From positions 23,622,001 through 23,686,000 of the forward strand of contig OZ287761.1 of the NCBI GenBank assembly GCA_965649765.1: a stretch of DNA of 64,000 bases, given 5' to 3'. This document shows, piece after piece, positions 38,315 through 60,383 of the stretch (position 1 is its first letter; every line of letters begins with the position of its first letter). Under the pieces are notes generated by a model that worked only from the letters and a program-made list of their open reading frames with translations, was not told the DNA's origin and did not search any database. This DNA comes from Bispira polyomma. Taxonomy: Eukaryota. Made by a program: the position numbers and the translations under genes.

Positions 38315-39696
38315 TAAGTCTACTTAATGTATAGGTACACCTGTCTGCACCTACACCCATGAAAACTAAAGTCCGCGCCCACACCCATATTGAAAGGGTT
38401 CTGACCCTTTCTTGTCACGGGTGCGGTGGAGTTATATAGTCATATTTATGTCGTTATTTCAGGCTGGCACAAGTTCATGTGGATCTAATAGATTTACTGA
38501 CTAAAAAAACAGGTGAGAGTAAGGATAGGTGTAACTATAAACCACCTGTATGGGTCCTAATGCTGATAATGGTACAGGTGAAAATAAGGACATATGCGAA
38601 ACTCATACTATAAACACCATATAATGACTAAAAATAGTTAGCCGTCTTAACTATATTTTCGACATAAAATGCTAAGCTTATAAAGACTATAAGTTGGGAC
38701 TATATGATGACATGATATAGATTTTTAACATGCCTAATTGATGCCAGGTATCTTCTTAAACGCAACATCACTGATAAAATTGTAAAAATCGTAGTCCGTT
38801 TCCAAAGCAAATTGGTGATCGAGGTGACGTGGAGGAGAAAAATGTCTATGGATTAAGCGAGAGAGAAAAGAGATGGATCTCAAGGTTACTTCAAAAAGCC
38901 GGAGAGGGGGTTTTCCTGGGATCGTATATTGCTTGGTAAATTGTTCCATAGGGTTAGGTGATGCAACAGAGAAGACATAGCTAGATCCAATCCGTTTACT
39001 AGTCCTGGTATCAGAGACTGAAATTCTGTTTCCCCTGGTAAGTCTGCTGAAATACAACAGTGAGGAGGCAAGATATAGGGGGGGGGGAAGGGCTGGCAGA
39101 AGCTTCCAGCTTTCTAAATAGTCACATTGGCCTGGAAAATGATGCAGTACTTGTACTTACTACCACAGGTAGCCAATGAAGCCTTTTGAGAAAAATCGTC
39201 GTACTGAAGCGAGATCCCCACACGGCACGCAACTCTGCATAAGGTGTATAAATACTAAGTTTTATAAGACTATAAGTTGAGTCAAAGACCCTTTGTGGAC
39301 ACGGCCCCTCTATTTTAATAGGACATAATAATATTAATTATTATTCATTTAATATAGCACTTTATGAACGTCACTGTTATCTAATGCACTTTCATGACAT
39401 TATTACCCCCCCCCCCCCCCCCTCCAGCCTGGGTTTGTTCCACTTGTGTCAACCAATGCATTGTTTCAGTCCCAGCTCCCACAGAAAGCATATACTAACC
39501 GTGCTGTCACCCGTACAGGGCACAAAAAACACCCATTAACCCTTTCATACACACCTGGGTAGAGGGGGCCAACTTTGTGTGTAAAGTACCTTGCATGTCC
39601 AGGGGTGTACAATCACTAGGCTGGCAGCAAGCATCGAACTGGGACCCTCAGATCCTCAATTAAATATAGAGAGATATGTAGAGAGATATATTTATG

Positions 39697-40460
39697 TGGT
39701 CTCTGTGGCCTAGTGGTCAGAATGTCAGACTATGGATCTGAGTGATCTGAGAGCCACGGTTCGATCATTGCTGCAGGCCTGGAGTTTATACCCTTGTACA
39801 AGGTGCTCTACACAAACTAGTTTATCTCTACTGAGGTGTATAAATGGGTACCTGGTCGCTAATGTCCTGGTCACACCTACACCTTCTAGAGCTACGTTTG
39901 TGTCACCTTGTCTTAATTTTAGTCCGTGATGTTGATTAACGGATGGTATCGTTCCAGAAACATCTCCGTTTCGTCTTCTGCATGTAGCATTTCAAACTGT
40001 TTGAAATACTACAGTCACAGCTCCCGTTTCTCCCCGTTTCTCTGTTCTCCCCGTTTCTCTGTTCGTGATATCCTACCAGTAAAGGGCCCGTTTTTTGCCC
40101 CTGCTCCGTGTGTTTAAGTATTAACATCATCACGAAACATCATGAAACGTCACAAAAACGTCACAAATGTCACAATCGACTACCCCTTTTTCAAAATGAC
40201 GTCATTTTGACACGAAGCTAACATGTTTTCAGTGTATATGGTTTTACTACGTTGGGGGACGTTAATACGTGTAGGTGTGACCAGGCCAAAATGGGTGTTA
40301 GTCTTTGTGCGCCGCATGTGGCAGCATGGTTAGTATCCTTCATAAGGGAGCTGAGACTGAACAATTGGTTGACAAGTGGAAGAACCCAGGCAGGAGGGGT
40401 GTAAACTTTAAAGTTGGCTGTTACCTCAATAGAGGTGATATCAGACTATAAACCTACACA
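39697..40460 (+). mobile_element. SINE family B interrupted by a MITE (39865-40286)
   Basis: SINE sequence cctgg(c/t)cgctaat-gggt is split; insert has TIRs cctggtcacacctacac / gtgtaggtgtgaccagg. Confidence 0.8.
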
Positions 40461-41769
40461 CATTTACATCTAAATATGTGTACATACAGTGTAGAAGGTT
40501 GACTGTAAAAAAATCCACACAGATCCACTATCATAACCTTATATTATATATTATGCTTTATATAAAGAAATCAAAATGAGTTACAATTGATAGGCTGTCA
40601 CCCATACTTTTTTACTGCATACATACATAAAATAAATACAATTTGCCTCAATCTGAAACTATAATTAGTTCACCTTTACACTACACTGTTTTATAAAGAG
40701 TAACTTGTATTTCTTTGATGTGGATGTACTCTGGTGATTACATTGAATAGTTCACTTTATTATATATAAAGTACTATATATGCTGGCTAGTTAACACTCA
40801 ACTTCAGGTGTAGTAATGGAGTTTTTGTTTGATAACAAGGTAGGTCTTATAGTCTTAGTCTTTACCTTAACATTTATGTCTAAATTATATTTAAGACTGC
40901 CCTACTGCTCTAGTACTTTGTGTTAAAATGGGAAATATCCAGAGTTGTGTTTTGTTTTAATTCATTTTTTTTAGAGGCCCGCTTTTTGCCATTTTAGGCG
41001 AGCTGTGCGCTCTACTGAGTTGTATTTCTCGTTTTTGTTTGTTTGTATAATGTGGTTTATTTATATATGTATGTATCTATCCATACACTCGGTATCAACA
41101 ACTGTGGAAAAAAGTCCTATCTCACCAAAACCAGGAAGCCATTTGCTTTGGGGTTGTTTTTGTTCTCTATATGTGTGATAAGAAATCTATGTGATATGTG
41201 GGCCCAAGTTTTTCTGTCACCAGTTTATACACAGACTCATTAGTCACTGACTTACATCCTCCGTGACTCTTTGTGGTGGCGGCTAGGTTACGACAGAATT
41301 ATATATTAAGTATGCCACATAAAGAAAACTCAATGATGTGCTTTAGAAGATGCCTGGTATTAGTCAGGCACATTAAAAGTCTATCGTATCAATAGTAAGC
41401 ACTTTCACTACCAGTATAAAAGGAGATAGGTGCGTATAAATTTGAACACGGCTACAAATATTTAATATTGTGCTGTGATTATTTGATATTTATAGTCGGA
41501 CAAACAGGATCCCTGTGATGAGAAAGTAACTCTACCAATAATACAAAGGATCAGACCAAAGCTAACACACACAAGACAGTGGTTTGTACATGGATGGAGA
41601 GCAGTTTGAATAATTCTTTGATTTTACCATAGAGACAATGATTTGTATATCGATGGGGAGCAGTTTGGATTATTCTTTGATTTTACCATAGAAAGAAACC
41701 GTCTCCAGGGACCCACACATACACCATCATTGGTGGTAGTGTGTATGTATATGGTAGACAACTGCGAGG

Positions 41770-48984
<7,215 letters not shown>

Positions 48985-50892
48985 GTCTACGAACACTCCT
49001 ACTGTAACCTCTACAAGAATGTGGAGGCTTCCAAGGTGGATGGGGGAGAGGGGGGACATGACGGGGGGTACAGGGGGGTCCTTTAAAACTGAGTTTATAG
49101 AGGCTGCTATACTGTAACCTCTAAACTAGAACATGGAGGGGGGGTTGAAGAGGTGACACAACAGGGGGTACAGGGGGGTCCTATAAGTATTGAGTGTACT
49201 TGACATATCTAGGCTTCCAAGGTGGATGGGGGAGAGGGGGGACATGACGGGGGGTAGAGGGGGGTCCTTTAAAACTGAGTTTATAGAGGCTGCTATACTG
49301 TAACCTCTAAACTAGAACATGGAGGGGGGGTTGGAGAGGTGACACAACAGGGGGTACAGGGGGGTCCTATAAGTATTGAGTGTACTTGACATATCTAGGC
49401 TTCCAAGGTGGATGGGGGAGAGGGGGGACATGACGGGGGGTAGAGGGGGGTCCTTTAAAACTGAGTTTATAGAGGCTGCTATACTGTAACCTCTAAACTA
49501 GAACATGGAGGGGGGATTGGAGAGGTGACACAACAGGGGGTACAGGGCGGTCCTATAAGTATTGAGTGTACTTGACATATCTAGGCTTCCAAGGTGGATG
49601 GGGGAGAGGGGGGACATGACGGGGGGTAGAGGGGGGTCCTTTAAAACTGAGTTTATAGAGGCTGCTATACTGTAACCTCTAAACTAGAACATGGAGGGGG
49701 GGTTGGAGAGGTGACACAACAGGGGGTACAGGGGGGTCCTATAAGTATTGAGTGTACTTGACATATGTAGTTGACAAAGTTACTCGACATAGGTACTTAG
49801 CATAGGTTATTAACCTAGTTACTTGACTTAGGTACTAAAAATAGGGTACCTATGTCAAATGCTGTCAACGACATAGTCGACAAAAGGGTTAATAAACTAA
49901 TTCTGTTTAAAAATTACAGTGAAACTTGTATATAAAAGACCACCCAAAGGCAAACCTCTAAACTGGTCTCTATGGACAAGTGGTCTTTCTATAAAACCTG
50001 TGTTAATCTAATCCAAATGAGTACCCCATCCCAAAAAACGTAGACTTTGTGGATACTTCACACCTCACAAGTGACTTACCCAACCACTATTACAATCAGT
50101 AATAGTGGATGTAAACTCATGGGGGGGGGTGGGGGGGGTTTGAGAATCCTATGAGGTGGTATGTGTGCAATTGTATATTTTTGTACTTGTTTGTTTTTGT
50201 GTACTTTTAAAGTACAATCACCAATGTACAGTGTACTCTGTTCAGTAGCCACATACACAAAAGGTCTTAACTTAGTCTTCAGCCTAAGATTTTGGATTTT
50301 GTCAGCGAAAAGGTTAAGATTTTGGTCTTCATCCACAGTAACAATAGAAAAATAAACCCAGATATTAGATTAGTTTGTGAAATTTGTTCTTAACAACTAA
50401 CAGTGGACAGTGTCATAAATATATTTGGACTATATTTAGACATAGATCTTCAAGATTGAGACTAAATAAGGACTAAGACCTTTTTTCTGTGACTACGGCC
50501 CTAGCTGTTGAAGTGTCTTTAATTATGTCACTGGAAATTTGTCGGTTTGGTCTTCAAAAGTCATTAATTATCAAGTACCTGTATCTTAGTCCAGTACCTG
50601 TAATTTAGTCAAGTACCTGTATCTTAGTCAAGTACCTGTAATTTATTCAAGTACATGTATTTTTTTCTATCATGCCCTGATTATATACAAGCGAAAAAAC
50701 CCTTCCGTGCACATCACAAGTCAAAAGTTGTACCTCTTGTAAATATATGTTTTGACTGTGTGCGTAGATCATGGGTATCTGTAAAAAAATATATATCTCG
50801 TGTTTCGATGCATATAAAAGGTGAAAACTGCAAGAAAGACTTACTTCTGTTAAACAAAAGTTTGTCTTTTTCATCTTTGGACACTGAACAAA

Positions 50893-51005
50893 CTGGGGCC
50901 GTATTCATGAAAGGTTTTAGCCAGGGCTTAGGCTTAAATCTAGCACAAAAGTGTACTGATTTAGGCCTAAGACTGGACTAAGTCCCTTCGTGAATATGGG
51001 CCCAG
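50893..51005. mobile_element. Minimal ~110-bp palindromic MITE
   Basis: ctggggccgtattcatgaaagg...ttaggcttaaatc / gatttaggcctaa...ccttcgtgaatatgggcccag. Confidence 0.75.
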
Positions 51006-51535
51006 GTGAAATAAATATTAACCCTTTTCCGCCCCAAGAGAAAACCACTGCTGAAAAGTCAATGAACTTTTTGCAAATAATAGGTTATAGAATTAGCTGG
51101 TGCTCACAGCAACACACACTACAAACTAACTTCCGGTATTCAGGAATAATTTCGTAAACAGAAGGAAGTCTGCAGTACTAAACGTTAACATCATGAAAAT
51201 GTAATGGGAACAAAATTGAAAAGTATTTTGGGATTGAATGTATAAGACATGAAGTGTATAACAAAAATAATGATGTATTTGAAATGTGGCAAATTGTAAT
51301 AAAATGCATAAGGGAATCGTATGGAACATATGGAAAAACGCGTCCAACGTCACAAACATACTTGAAATAGCTACCAAAACTTAACGAATGAGTGAATAAA
51401 ACGGCTGAAACATGAAATAATTTTTGGGCATCAAAGAAATTTGTTTGGCTGGTCCAGCTCTCTGAAGCAATCTGATTGGCTGAAACTAGGTCAAAATTTT
51501 AAGAATGCCAGACGAAGAATGTTTTTAAATATACG

Positions 51536-51567
<32 letters not shown>

Positions 51568-53467
51568 CTTAAGCCTGGTGTGTGTGAGATAGTATTGTTT
51601 TAAATACTGTATATAAAATAATTTTAGAATGGTAGAAATTTTTACTAATTTGTTTACACCTGTTGAAACAGGTATCTGCAGGAATTAATTTGCACACTAT
51701 CATCCAAATGTTTAGTTTAATAACGATTAATTTGAATTTTCAATGCTCACTAGGAACTACTTTTCAATATCCAATAACTTATTCCCAGTAAAAATTACCA
51801 CTTATTCAGTGTATTCAGATTATCTTTACATAAACTGTCTCCTGCTTTGTAAATAATTGTAAGTAGCCAAAAGCTGTCAACATTAACAGCTTTTATCGAG
51901 TCAGTATTATAAGTGTTCAAAATCTGCATTTTAAACGTGACCATGTTTGTACATAGAGTAAGGAATCTGAAAATCGCCACTGTGTCTTTTGAAATTCGCC
52001 AACGAAAAAAATCTTGTTTTTTTCTGGTAGAATTGTGGGGAAATATTTGCTGAAGTTGAGACTATTGTGACTATTTTTCCCCTTAACTTACCCCCAAATT
52101 CCAGTTGTATTTCGCCTAGTTTTATTTATTGATCTGGCTTAAATTTTAAGGGTGGTGGTGAATTTCAGATATTCAATGGCAAAATTCAGATACACAAGGG
52201 CGAATTTTAGAAACCTTACTCTAAAACAGTAGAACGTCAACTATCTGAACGATGTTACTGTAAATATGCATAACCAGTAAATACGCCTACTCACTGAAAA
52301 TTTCAATAAATATGAGAACTTACTGATTTGGTCAGTAAATATGCATACTCTCAAAAAATGTCAGTATATATGCGCATTTACTGAAACATGGTCTCCATTA
52401 TTTCACAAGCTCACTGGTGGTCATTTCAGTCAACATGTGAAAATTTCATTCAAGTGTTTAGGATCAAAAGATAAATATCGATATTTAATGATTTCAGTGT
52501 TTCCAAGGCATATGATGTACATGTAGTATTATTTGGTGGTTTTGGTTCTACAAATTAATAATGAGCATGTCTTTATCTAGGTCACTTTACAGCACACCAC
52601 TACATCACATGTAGATTGGTTTTCCCTATGGTGTATAAATTAAACACTCTTATTTGTTTTTAATTTTAAATGAAATTAGTTTAAAAATTCTAAAAAATAA
52701 AAGCTGCTATTTAATTAAATAAAGACTAATTTTGAAAAATTAAGTGTAAGATTAAAATTGGTGTAATAAATAAAGATGGACACAATAATAACTGGTAAAA
52801 TCATATAATGATACATCATATGGATAAACAAGGCTTAATCTAACTATACTTAAAATCATTACTTGAAGAATAATGAGACAACTTAGTAAATATATGATCT
52901 TACTGGACCTAAAAAACTGTAAATATACGTATTTACTGATTTTGCATATTCACTGTAACACATATATATTGAGTTGAAGAATTTTGTTTTTGTGGGGTTT
53001 TTTATATGCACAAAAACGTGTACCAAAGTCAATTTAACCAAAAAGTATATATATATATATGTGCATGTAAAGCATTTTGTTATGTGTGTAGGAAAATGAA
53101 GATCTGTTATATATTTTGTGTACAGTAAAAATCGCTCCTATGAGTAGATATTGACTTTGTGTTGATCTATTTGTGGCAGCCATGCTGAATTTACAAAATT
53201 TTGTGTGTAAACATGTGATATTTTTCAAAAATGGAGCAACATATATTTTAAGCCTTATATATATATATATATATTATTTTAACACTCTAGGATATAATAA
53301 ACATTTCCCATTTTAGCAGCCATCTTGAATTTTGGCAAACAATTAACAAACAATTGTCATGAGACAAATAAACAAAAGGCATTTTGCATCTTCTAAAGTG
53401 CAGCAACAGGATCAATGAACCAATAGAGACGTTCAAAACAAACTTTGTCGTTCATGCACAGTGACAA

Positions 53468-53717
53468 GGGGCCACGATGGCCTAGTGGTTAGCAAACATT
53501 GTGCTTCACAATCACTGGTCTCTCACCTCTGGGTGGTGCGAGTTCGAATTCCGTCGATGCCTATGTGGGAAAGGTGATAGTTCCCTACTGTGGGCCGCTG
53601 GTTTCTCTGCAGAACCTTGACTGACTGTATGCAGTGTTTCCTCCAGCGTTTTCAACTACCTGTCCCAATATAACCTACTAAAAGGTACTAGAGTGGACGT
53701 TAAATATCCAAATTCAA
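53468..53717 (+). mobile_element. tRNA-derived SINE (family A) with 14-bp TSD
   Basis: TSD atgcacagtgacaa at 53454-53467 and 53718-53731. Confidence 0.9.
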
Positions 53718-54948
53718 ATGCACAGTGACAAATCCACTAACATTTGATATGGCTACTATATATATATTCCAGTGCCCCATGCTGCGCCGCATATAACAAT
53801 AAATAAATTCACCCTATCAGTTTGGACGGATCGATTGCATCTAACAAAACCATGAAGGCCTTGCATTATTATTTCTAAGAATGGCGGTGTCCTTTATTTT
53901 CTCAGAATGAGAAGAACATCAGACTCTACCTGATATAAAACATAGATCTATTCAACAAAAGTCAATGAAAACAGTTCAACAGACGTCTTTGCCCATGTTT
54001 TATTATAAAGTACGAAATTTATTCTGAAATTTTGAGTCTAAACCCAGTCTGGTTAGTTTGGGATTTGATTGAATATTTTGATAATTTTGTGCCCATCTTG
54101 AATTTTTACATCTTTTCTGGAAATGTCTGTTATCTTGGAAACAGTGCGAGATAGTACAAGTTTTCCACCCTAGACCATTCTTTGATTTTGTGCTGATGCA
54201 CATATTCTTGTTGAGGTACAGAGCGGTTTAACATAAGTACAACCTTACACAAATCTGACATGACAAATGCATACCATAACAAAAGGAATTGTATCTTTCC
54301 ATGTTGTTTAAAGTTTTAATATTCAATAATCCAATAGTCCGTACACAATATTTACAACTCATAGAGCCAACCCAAATAAACACTTGTTTAAATTAAATTA
54401 TTATTATTAAAAAAATATTTCCTGTTGATATATCCCGTTGTGTAGAACATAGTAAACAACTGGTGTGTCCGATTTGTGGAAGTTTTTGCTTGTGGTAACC
54501 GCTGTTCTCCTCGACCTAGCCTGAGATATGTGGATGCGCTATTCGAGACTGCATTGAGCATGAGAGCTGTTTCATATAGCCTATAAAATACCCACTACTG
54601 TGTCTGTGAGAAGAGAGTTCTAAAGTTCTAAAATAACAGAATAAATCATATTTTTAAGTATAATTAGTTCCTTTCCTTGGTCAAAAAAAAATGATTGGAA
54701 ACTGTAATATAATACTTAAGTTAGTCCACTGAAAAGTCGACTATGATATGTGTGAGCTAAAAGGTCAAGGTGCCATAGCCCCAATACAAACAGAGCAACT
54801 ATAGATGCCTTAGAAGTATTGGTGTTTTGGTTCTCACCAATCTAACAATGCACACTTGCAGAGTAGTTTGTGTGCACATCTTACACAATGCACATATCAC
54901 TCCTCAGGATCAGTTTTTTTACTGCATAATTGCATTATTGAAAGAACT

Positions 54949-54985
<37 letters not shown>

Positions 54986-57900
54986 GCATCAAGTACATTG
55001 TGGACGAAATTAGTCTAATTCTGTCTATGGGTACACGGTTATTTTTACCGATACTGTCGGCCAATCAGAATCGTGGACACAGCTGTGTCATGTTAGAATG
55101 TTGAACAACATTAACCTACTAAAAATAACACGTTGTGGATATATATGTGTTTATTCTACAATATAATCTAAAATATGTTCACATTCCACTTTTAGTTATA
55201 AGTTTAAGTTAACACTTAGACTGTTAACACTTAGACTGAATATTTAAATTTAATTTTACGATAGGTAGTTTAAGACTAGACTTGAACCCAATATTTACAT
55301 TTGACTTGAATTTAGTTACAAATTAAAGTTATGACTCCACTTAAAAGTCACCATGTTATGCATAAGCCAAAGCCTTGCCATAAGGAAGGAGTTCAGCTTG
55401 TTGGTTACAGGGTATTGGAGGTAGAGACGAACATAACTGATCTGTGGTTGCAACTGAAATTCATAAAAGAAATAAACAATTATATAACTTTGGTGAATAT
55501 TCACAGATATCAAAGAGGAATAACTAGTGAGTGATTCTATATACATTCAGAAAGCTAATTCACCAACATAAATATTCAGAAGGTATTTGTTTGAAGGCCT
55601 ATCTGTAATGTTCGGCCATCTTGGATTTGACAGGAAATCACCCTAGTTCTATAATTTCCAAGATATCCAAAGAAAACAATAGTTCAGACCTGTTTTCATT
55701 GATATACTGGAAAGTCAGGCTATAATGGTTGATGTTTAATTTTTTATATATGATTGGTCGGGCCAACACTTTGCCGGACTTCAGTACAGCGCAAACGGGT
55801 ATAAGATAACATATAATGAAATCAATAGTAGCTTACTCCATAGCCCAGATAAACACAGCAACCAAATGCCTTAGAAGTATTGATTTTTGTCTCACATATC
55901 TTGAAGTTTCACACTTATACTACACATCTACATAATGTACACATATTCCCTGTACAGTATATGTCCCCTGTTTTAACAAAGAGCTGTCCCTAGTTGGCTA
56001 AAATGTGGACCTCAAACAACTCACTTGGGCTGGGCAGAGGGTGGGGGATTAGGAACACTGATCTTCTATATTAGCCCGGAGCCATATTAACAAAAGCTCT
56101 TAGTTCTTACCTTTGTCTTATTAAGTTTACTATTTAAGACTTGCCTACTGTTTAGTCTTGGTGTTGAGAGCAAAGTTCACACTAAAACCAAAGACCTTTT
56201 CCTACTGTCACTGGGACTCAGACCAAAATATTAACTCTTTTGGCCAAAATCAAAGACTAAAATCTTTAGCCTAGTACTAAATTAAGACCTTTTCTGAATT
56301 TGGCCCCAGTGCTTCAGTTCCCCTAGAAGTTCACTACGTTTTGTGTATGAGCTAAACGGTAAAGGCCTGATATCCCAGATAAACAGCAACCTAGATACCT
56401 AAAAGTATTGATTTTTTTTCTCTCAAAAAATGAAGCACCCTTGTAGTGTATTCTATTCACATCTATAATGTACACATATATTCACTCACCTGTTCAAAGG
56501 CACCTGTTTCTTGGGTCCCTAAACCTGTTACCCAATTGAACAACTTGCCCAGCCTGGGCGGAGTTGGGGATTCGAAACATTGATCTGCACCATGTGTGAT
56601 ATAATAAACTCATTAGAATTGATAATGAGAGAATAACAGATTAAATATTCAAACATAATCTTCATAATTTAACAACTGACAGTTGGAGCAGAGACCTCTA
56701 TATCTTAACATGCTTTTTTGGGAGGTGTCACGAATAGACCCCATGACGAAACAGTCACCCTACGTGGTCGGAACATTTCAAAAGATGTTTTCAGAAGCGT
56801 CTTGATAAATGAGGATCAGTAGCTCTGCCACGAATGTTTTTAACTGTTTCGAAAACAGCGTCACATCTGACATACATTAGCAGGTTTGAGAGGGGTTTCC
56901 CCATTTGTGTTAAAAATGACCATTCGTGTGTCAACTGCGACAGTACATGTGTCGTAATTGCTGCAGGATGTGGCAAAACAGTGTGGGGAGGATTAATGAC
57001 CATCAGTAACTATAATTTGTACAGATTTTTTTGTGGGCATTAGTGGGAAAAATTAAGGATTAGTCATTATAAAGCCCATTGCACACTGTAACAAATATAC
57101 CTTGCTTGCACACCAAAAGCGACAGTACACAGCAGCAATCAATACATACACGCATTACACTATCAATATTTGGTCATATTTTTACGTTTTTTGGCTGTTA
57201 TTATTGTCTTTTTGATTAGTTTATTATAGTTTAGTTTATTCGTTTATTTCTGTCACTAGAACATATCAATGTTTCAATAACAGTAACAAAAACAGAATAG
57301 TAGTTCCCAGCCCCTATGGGCTTATTAGTGACAATTTAATGAATACACAAAAAAACAGGTTTAGCATGTAAATTATTTCAAAAGATTAAAAAGACGAACA
57401 TGACATTGATTCAATATTATTTTACCATGAATACAGTTTTTTTTTTTATTAAAAAAAGTGAACATAAAGTGCTAAAGAGATTATAAACACAAATGTTATT
57501 ATATGGAACTAAGGTATTTCATTTCATTTCCATATTATTTGTTTTGTGCATTACAAGTGTTAACTCAGGTTATACCCCATTAGGATTTAATTATCCTTTC
57601 ATGTTTATGATCATTGTTTTCCAACATACATATACTTCAAAGATGCTAGACAATTATAACTTATCCTTTCATGTTAAAGTGAATGTTTAAGACCAGGTAA
57701 GCTATGCAATTAACAATTCAAATATTTAAACCCTTCCTTTAGAAATTACAATTAACAATTGAGGAGTGTCAGTTGGAGGTTGGGTAGGTAAAGCAATTGT
57801 CACTAATTGAAATTCCTTATGTCGGAGCAATTAAGAGATACCAGTTAATATTAATAAAAGTGAGATAGGCAATTCAAAATTCAAAGCCACCCTCTAGAAA

Positions 57901-58395
57901 TCACACATTATCATTGATTGTAATTCATACAGGCGGCCGATGAATTTCATTTATCTAGATACTTACAAATGTGGATATATATTATTAAAGCAATTGTCAC
58001 TAATTAAAATTCCCCAAATGAAGCAATGACTAGCCAGTATAAAAAGCTAAAAAAAATGTTGTTTTTTTTCAGCATTTTCATGGACAACTCAGACGCGACA
58101 CCACAAAAATTTAGAGAAATCTCTATTTATAAAAAACGAGTCGGTCTCGACGGGTCGCGTCACATCGTCTTCAGTGTGCACAGTATTAACTATACTGTAA
58201 CATTTCTTAAATTATAATATACATATCTGACAATAGCACACTAATTTTAATTCAATTAATACACAGTAATAACTATAAATAGGTCGATCTCGGTTAGTCA
58301 TGTAGTAAGATTAGTACTATTTATAAAATTACATATCTGACAATCGCTTAATAATTTTTCGATTAAAAATTCATGTACAGTAATAGCTATAGATA

Positions 58396-59663
58396 ACCAC
58401 AGTCTTGTTGTAAATTTGTTACTGGTTCCTCAAAGCTTGAGATTGTTGATCAATATAAGTATTTAGGTGTATCTTTGCATGAACATCTAGATTATAAAGT
58501 ATGCGCAAAAGAACTATCAGAAGCTGGTGGGCGAGCACTAGGTGGATTAATATCAAAATTTAAACAATATAAAAATATTGGATTCAAAACATTCTCAAAA
58601 TTATATGAAAGTGGCATCATACCTATAACAGATTACTGCAGTGGTATTTGGGGTTTTGCACACTCAAATTATGCCAATAAAATTCAGAATAGAGCATGTC
58701 GTTATTTTCTGGGTGTGCATGCAAAAACCCCACTAAATGTATTGGATGGGGATGTAGGATGGCTAAAACCAAAATTCAGAATGTATATGAATATCATTAA
58801 GTTTTATAATAGGCTTATTAGAATGGACAATGAGAGACTAACATATCAAATATTTGAACATGATCTTCAGAACATAACAAATGAAATTTGGAGACCTAGA
58901 AAACATTTTAGATCAGATAGGCTTGCAAGAAAAACTTCTCCTAGGAGAAGACATTGATTTAAATACCGCAGAAGAGAAGCTATTTTGTTTAAATGATCTC
59001 GAATGGCAAGAATCTATTTGTACCAAACCAAAATTAAGATCGTATGTCAAATATAAAACTCATATTAATACAGAAGAATACGTATTACAGAATCTTTATA
59101 GAAATGAAAGGTCTCTCATTGCCCAATTAAGATCTGGAATACTGCCTCTAGCCATAGAAACTGGAAGATACCAGAAAAGAGATTTGTCAAGTAGGATATG
59201 TACAATGTGTAATTTAAATTTTATAGAAGACGAACAGCATTTTTTAATTGACTGTACAGTTTACGATAGAGATAGAAAAGTGTTCTTTGATTATGTTGTT
59301 AAAAATGTGGAAGTAAACTTTAATCTTTTGAGTTCAGAAGAAAAATTTATTAATTTAATGTCACTCAAAGATAAACATATTAAAACATTTGCAAAATTTT
59401 TATGTAAATTATGGGAATATAGGAAATCAAATTTTTTAAAAGAATTGAAGATATAGAAAGTTCAATAAATTGTGAATTTTACCATTTCTGCAAAATAATA
59501 GTTTTATACCTTTTTATACACACATTAAATTAGAATATTATATTTAAACTGACTTATAAGCCTTAAGGCTGAGTGTTACAATTAATAAAATGTGATTTTG
59601 TATATTTGTATATGTATTACACAATGTCAGTATAATAAAAAATTTATCTATCTATCTATCTAT
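58396..59663 (+). mobile_element. 5'-truncated non-LTR retrotransposon (RT thumb and CCHC zinc knuckle, RTEX-like)
   Basis: YKYLGV...DYCSGIWG...GDVGW; one frameshift near 58885; CTMCN...EDEQHFLIDC; aataaa plus (tatc)n tail; TSD ctatagata at 58387 and 59664. Confidence 0.88.
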
Positions 59664-60383
59664 CTATAGATAGGTCAATATAGCTCAGTCATGTATGAAC
59701 ATTTCTCAAATTCCATATCTCACAATTGCATGTGGCTTGTTGTTATACCACTAATATTTATTCGATCAACACACAGTAATGACTATATAGGTCAATATAG
59801 CTCAGTCATATAGTGATATTAGTTACATTTGTAAAGTAAGGGACCTTTAAACTTGGAGACCCCATGCACACCTAAATAGGAGACAATCATTGCAATTTTC
59901 TATTAACTTGCAATTAGAGATAGTCAATAAAAGCACCATACTCTCTCTTTTTTCCTATTTTGCATTTTCTTTTGAAAACAAAGAAATAAAGTAAAATAAA
60001 TAAAGAATATTTGTATAATAAAATTATGTAATACAGTTTGGTCAGAAATATGGAATTATTATTACACACATGGCACTATATAATAAAGAGCATAATTTTT
60101 TTAAATATAGTAAAAGCAAAAATTTCTATGGTTTATATTGGAGGTGTGTGTACAGTAGTATATAACAAACTCTGTCCGATCATTACACGATATGCTTCAA
60201 TTAAAGACAGACATATACAGGGTCAATATGGGAGGGAAACGCATAATCCCAACGATCCCAAGGAGACGGAAGTTAACTATGAATATTCATATTGAACAAA
60301 TTATCCATGCGCACCTTGCATAAGAATTTCATTTACATATAAGCACTTTTGGTGTGGATGTAGACTACTACCCTAGTATATGT

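Noticed and set aside
56700-57045. Coding-like minus-strand stretch (MVINPPHTVLPHP...)
   Set aside because: Stops in the continuation, no recognisable motif and no splice partners; cannot be supported without a database search.
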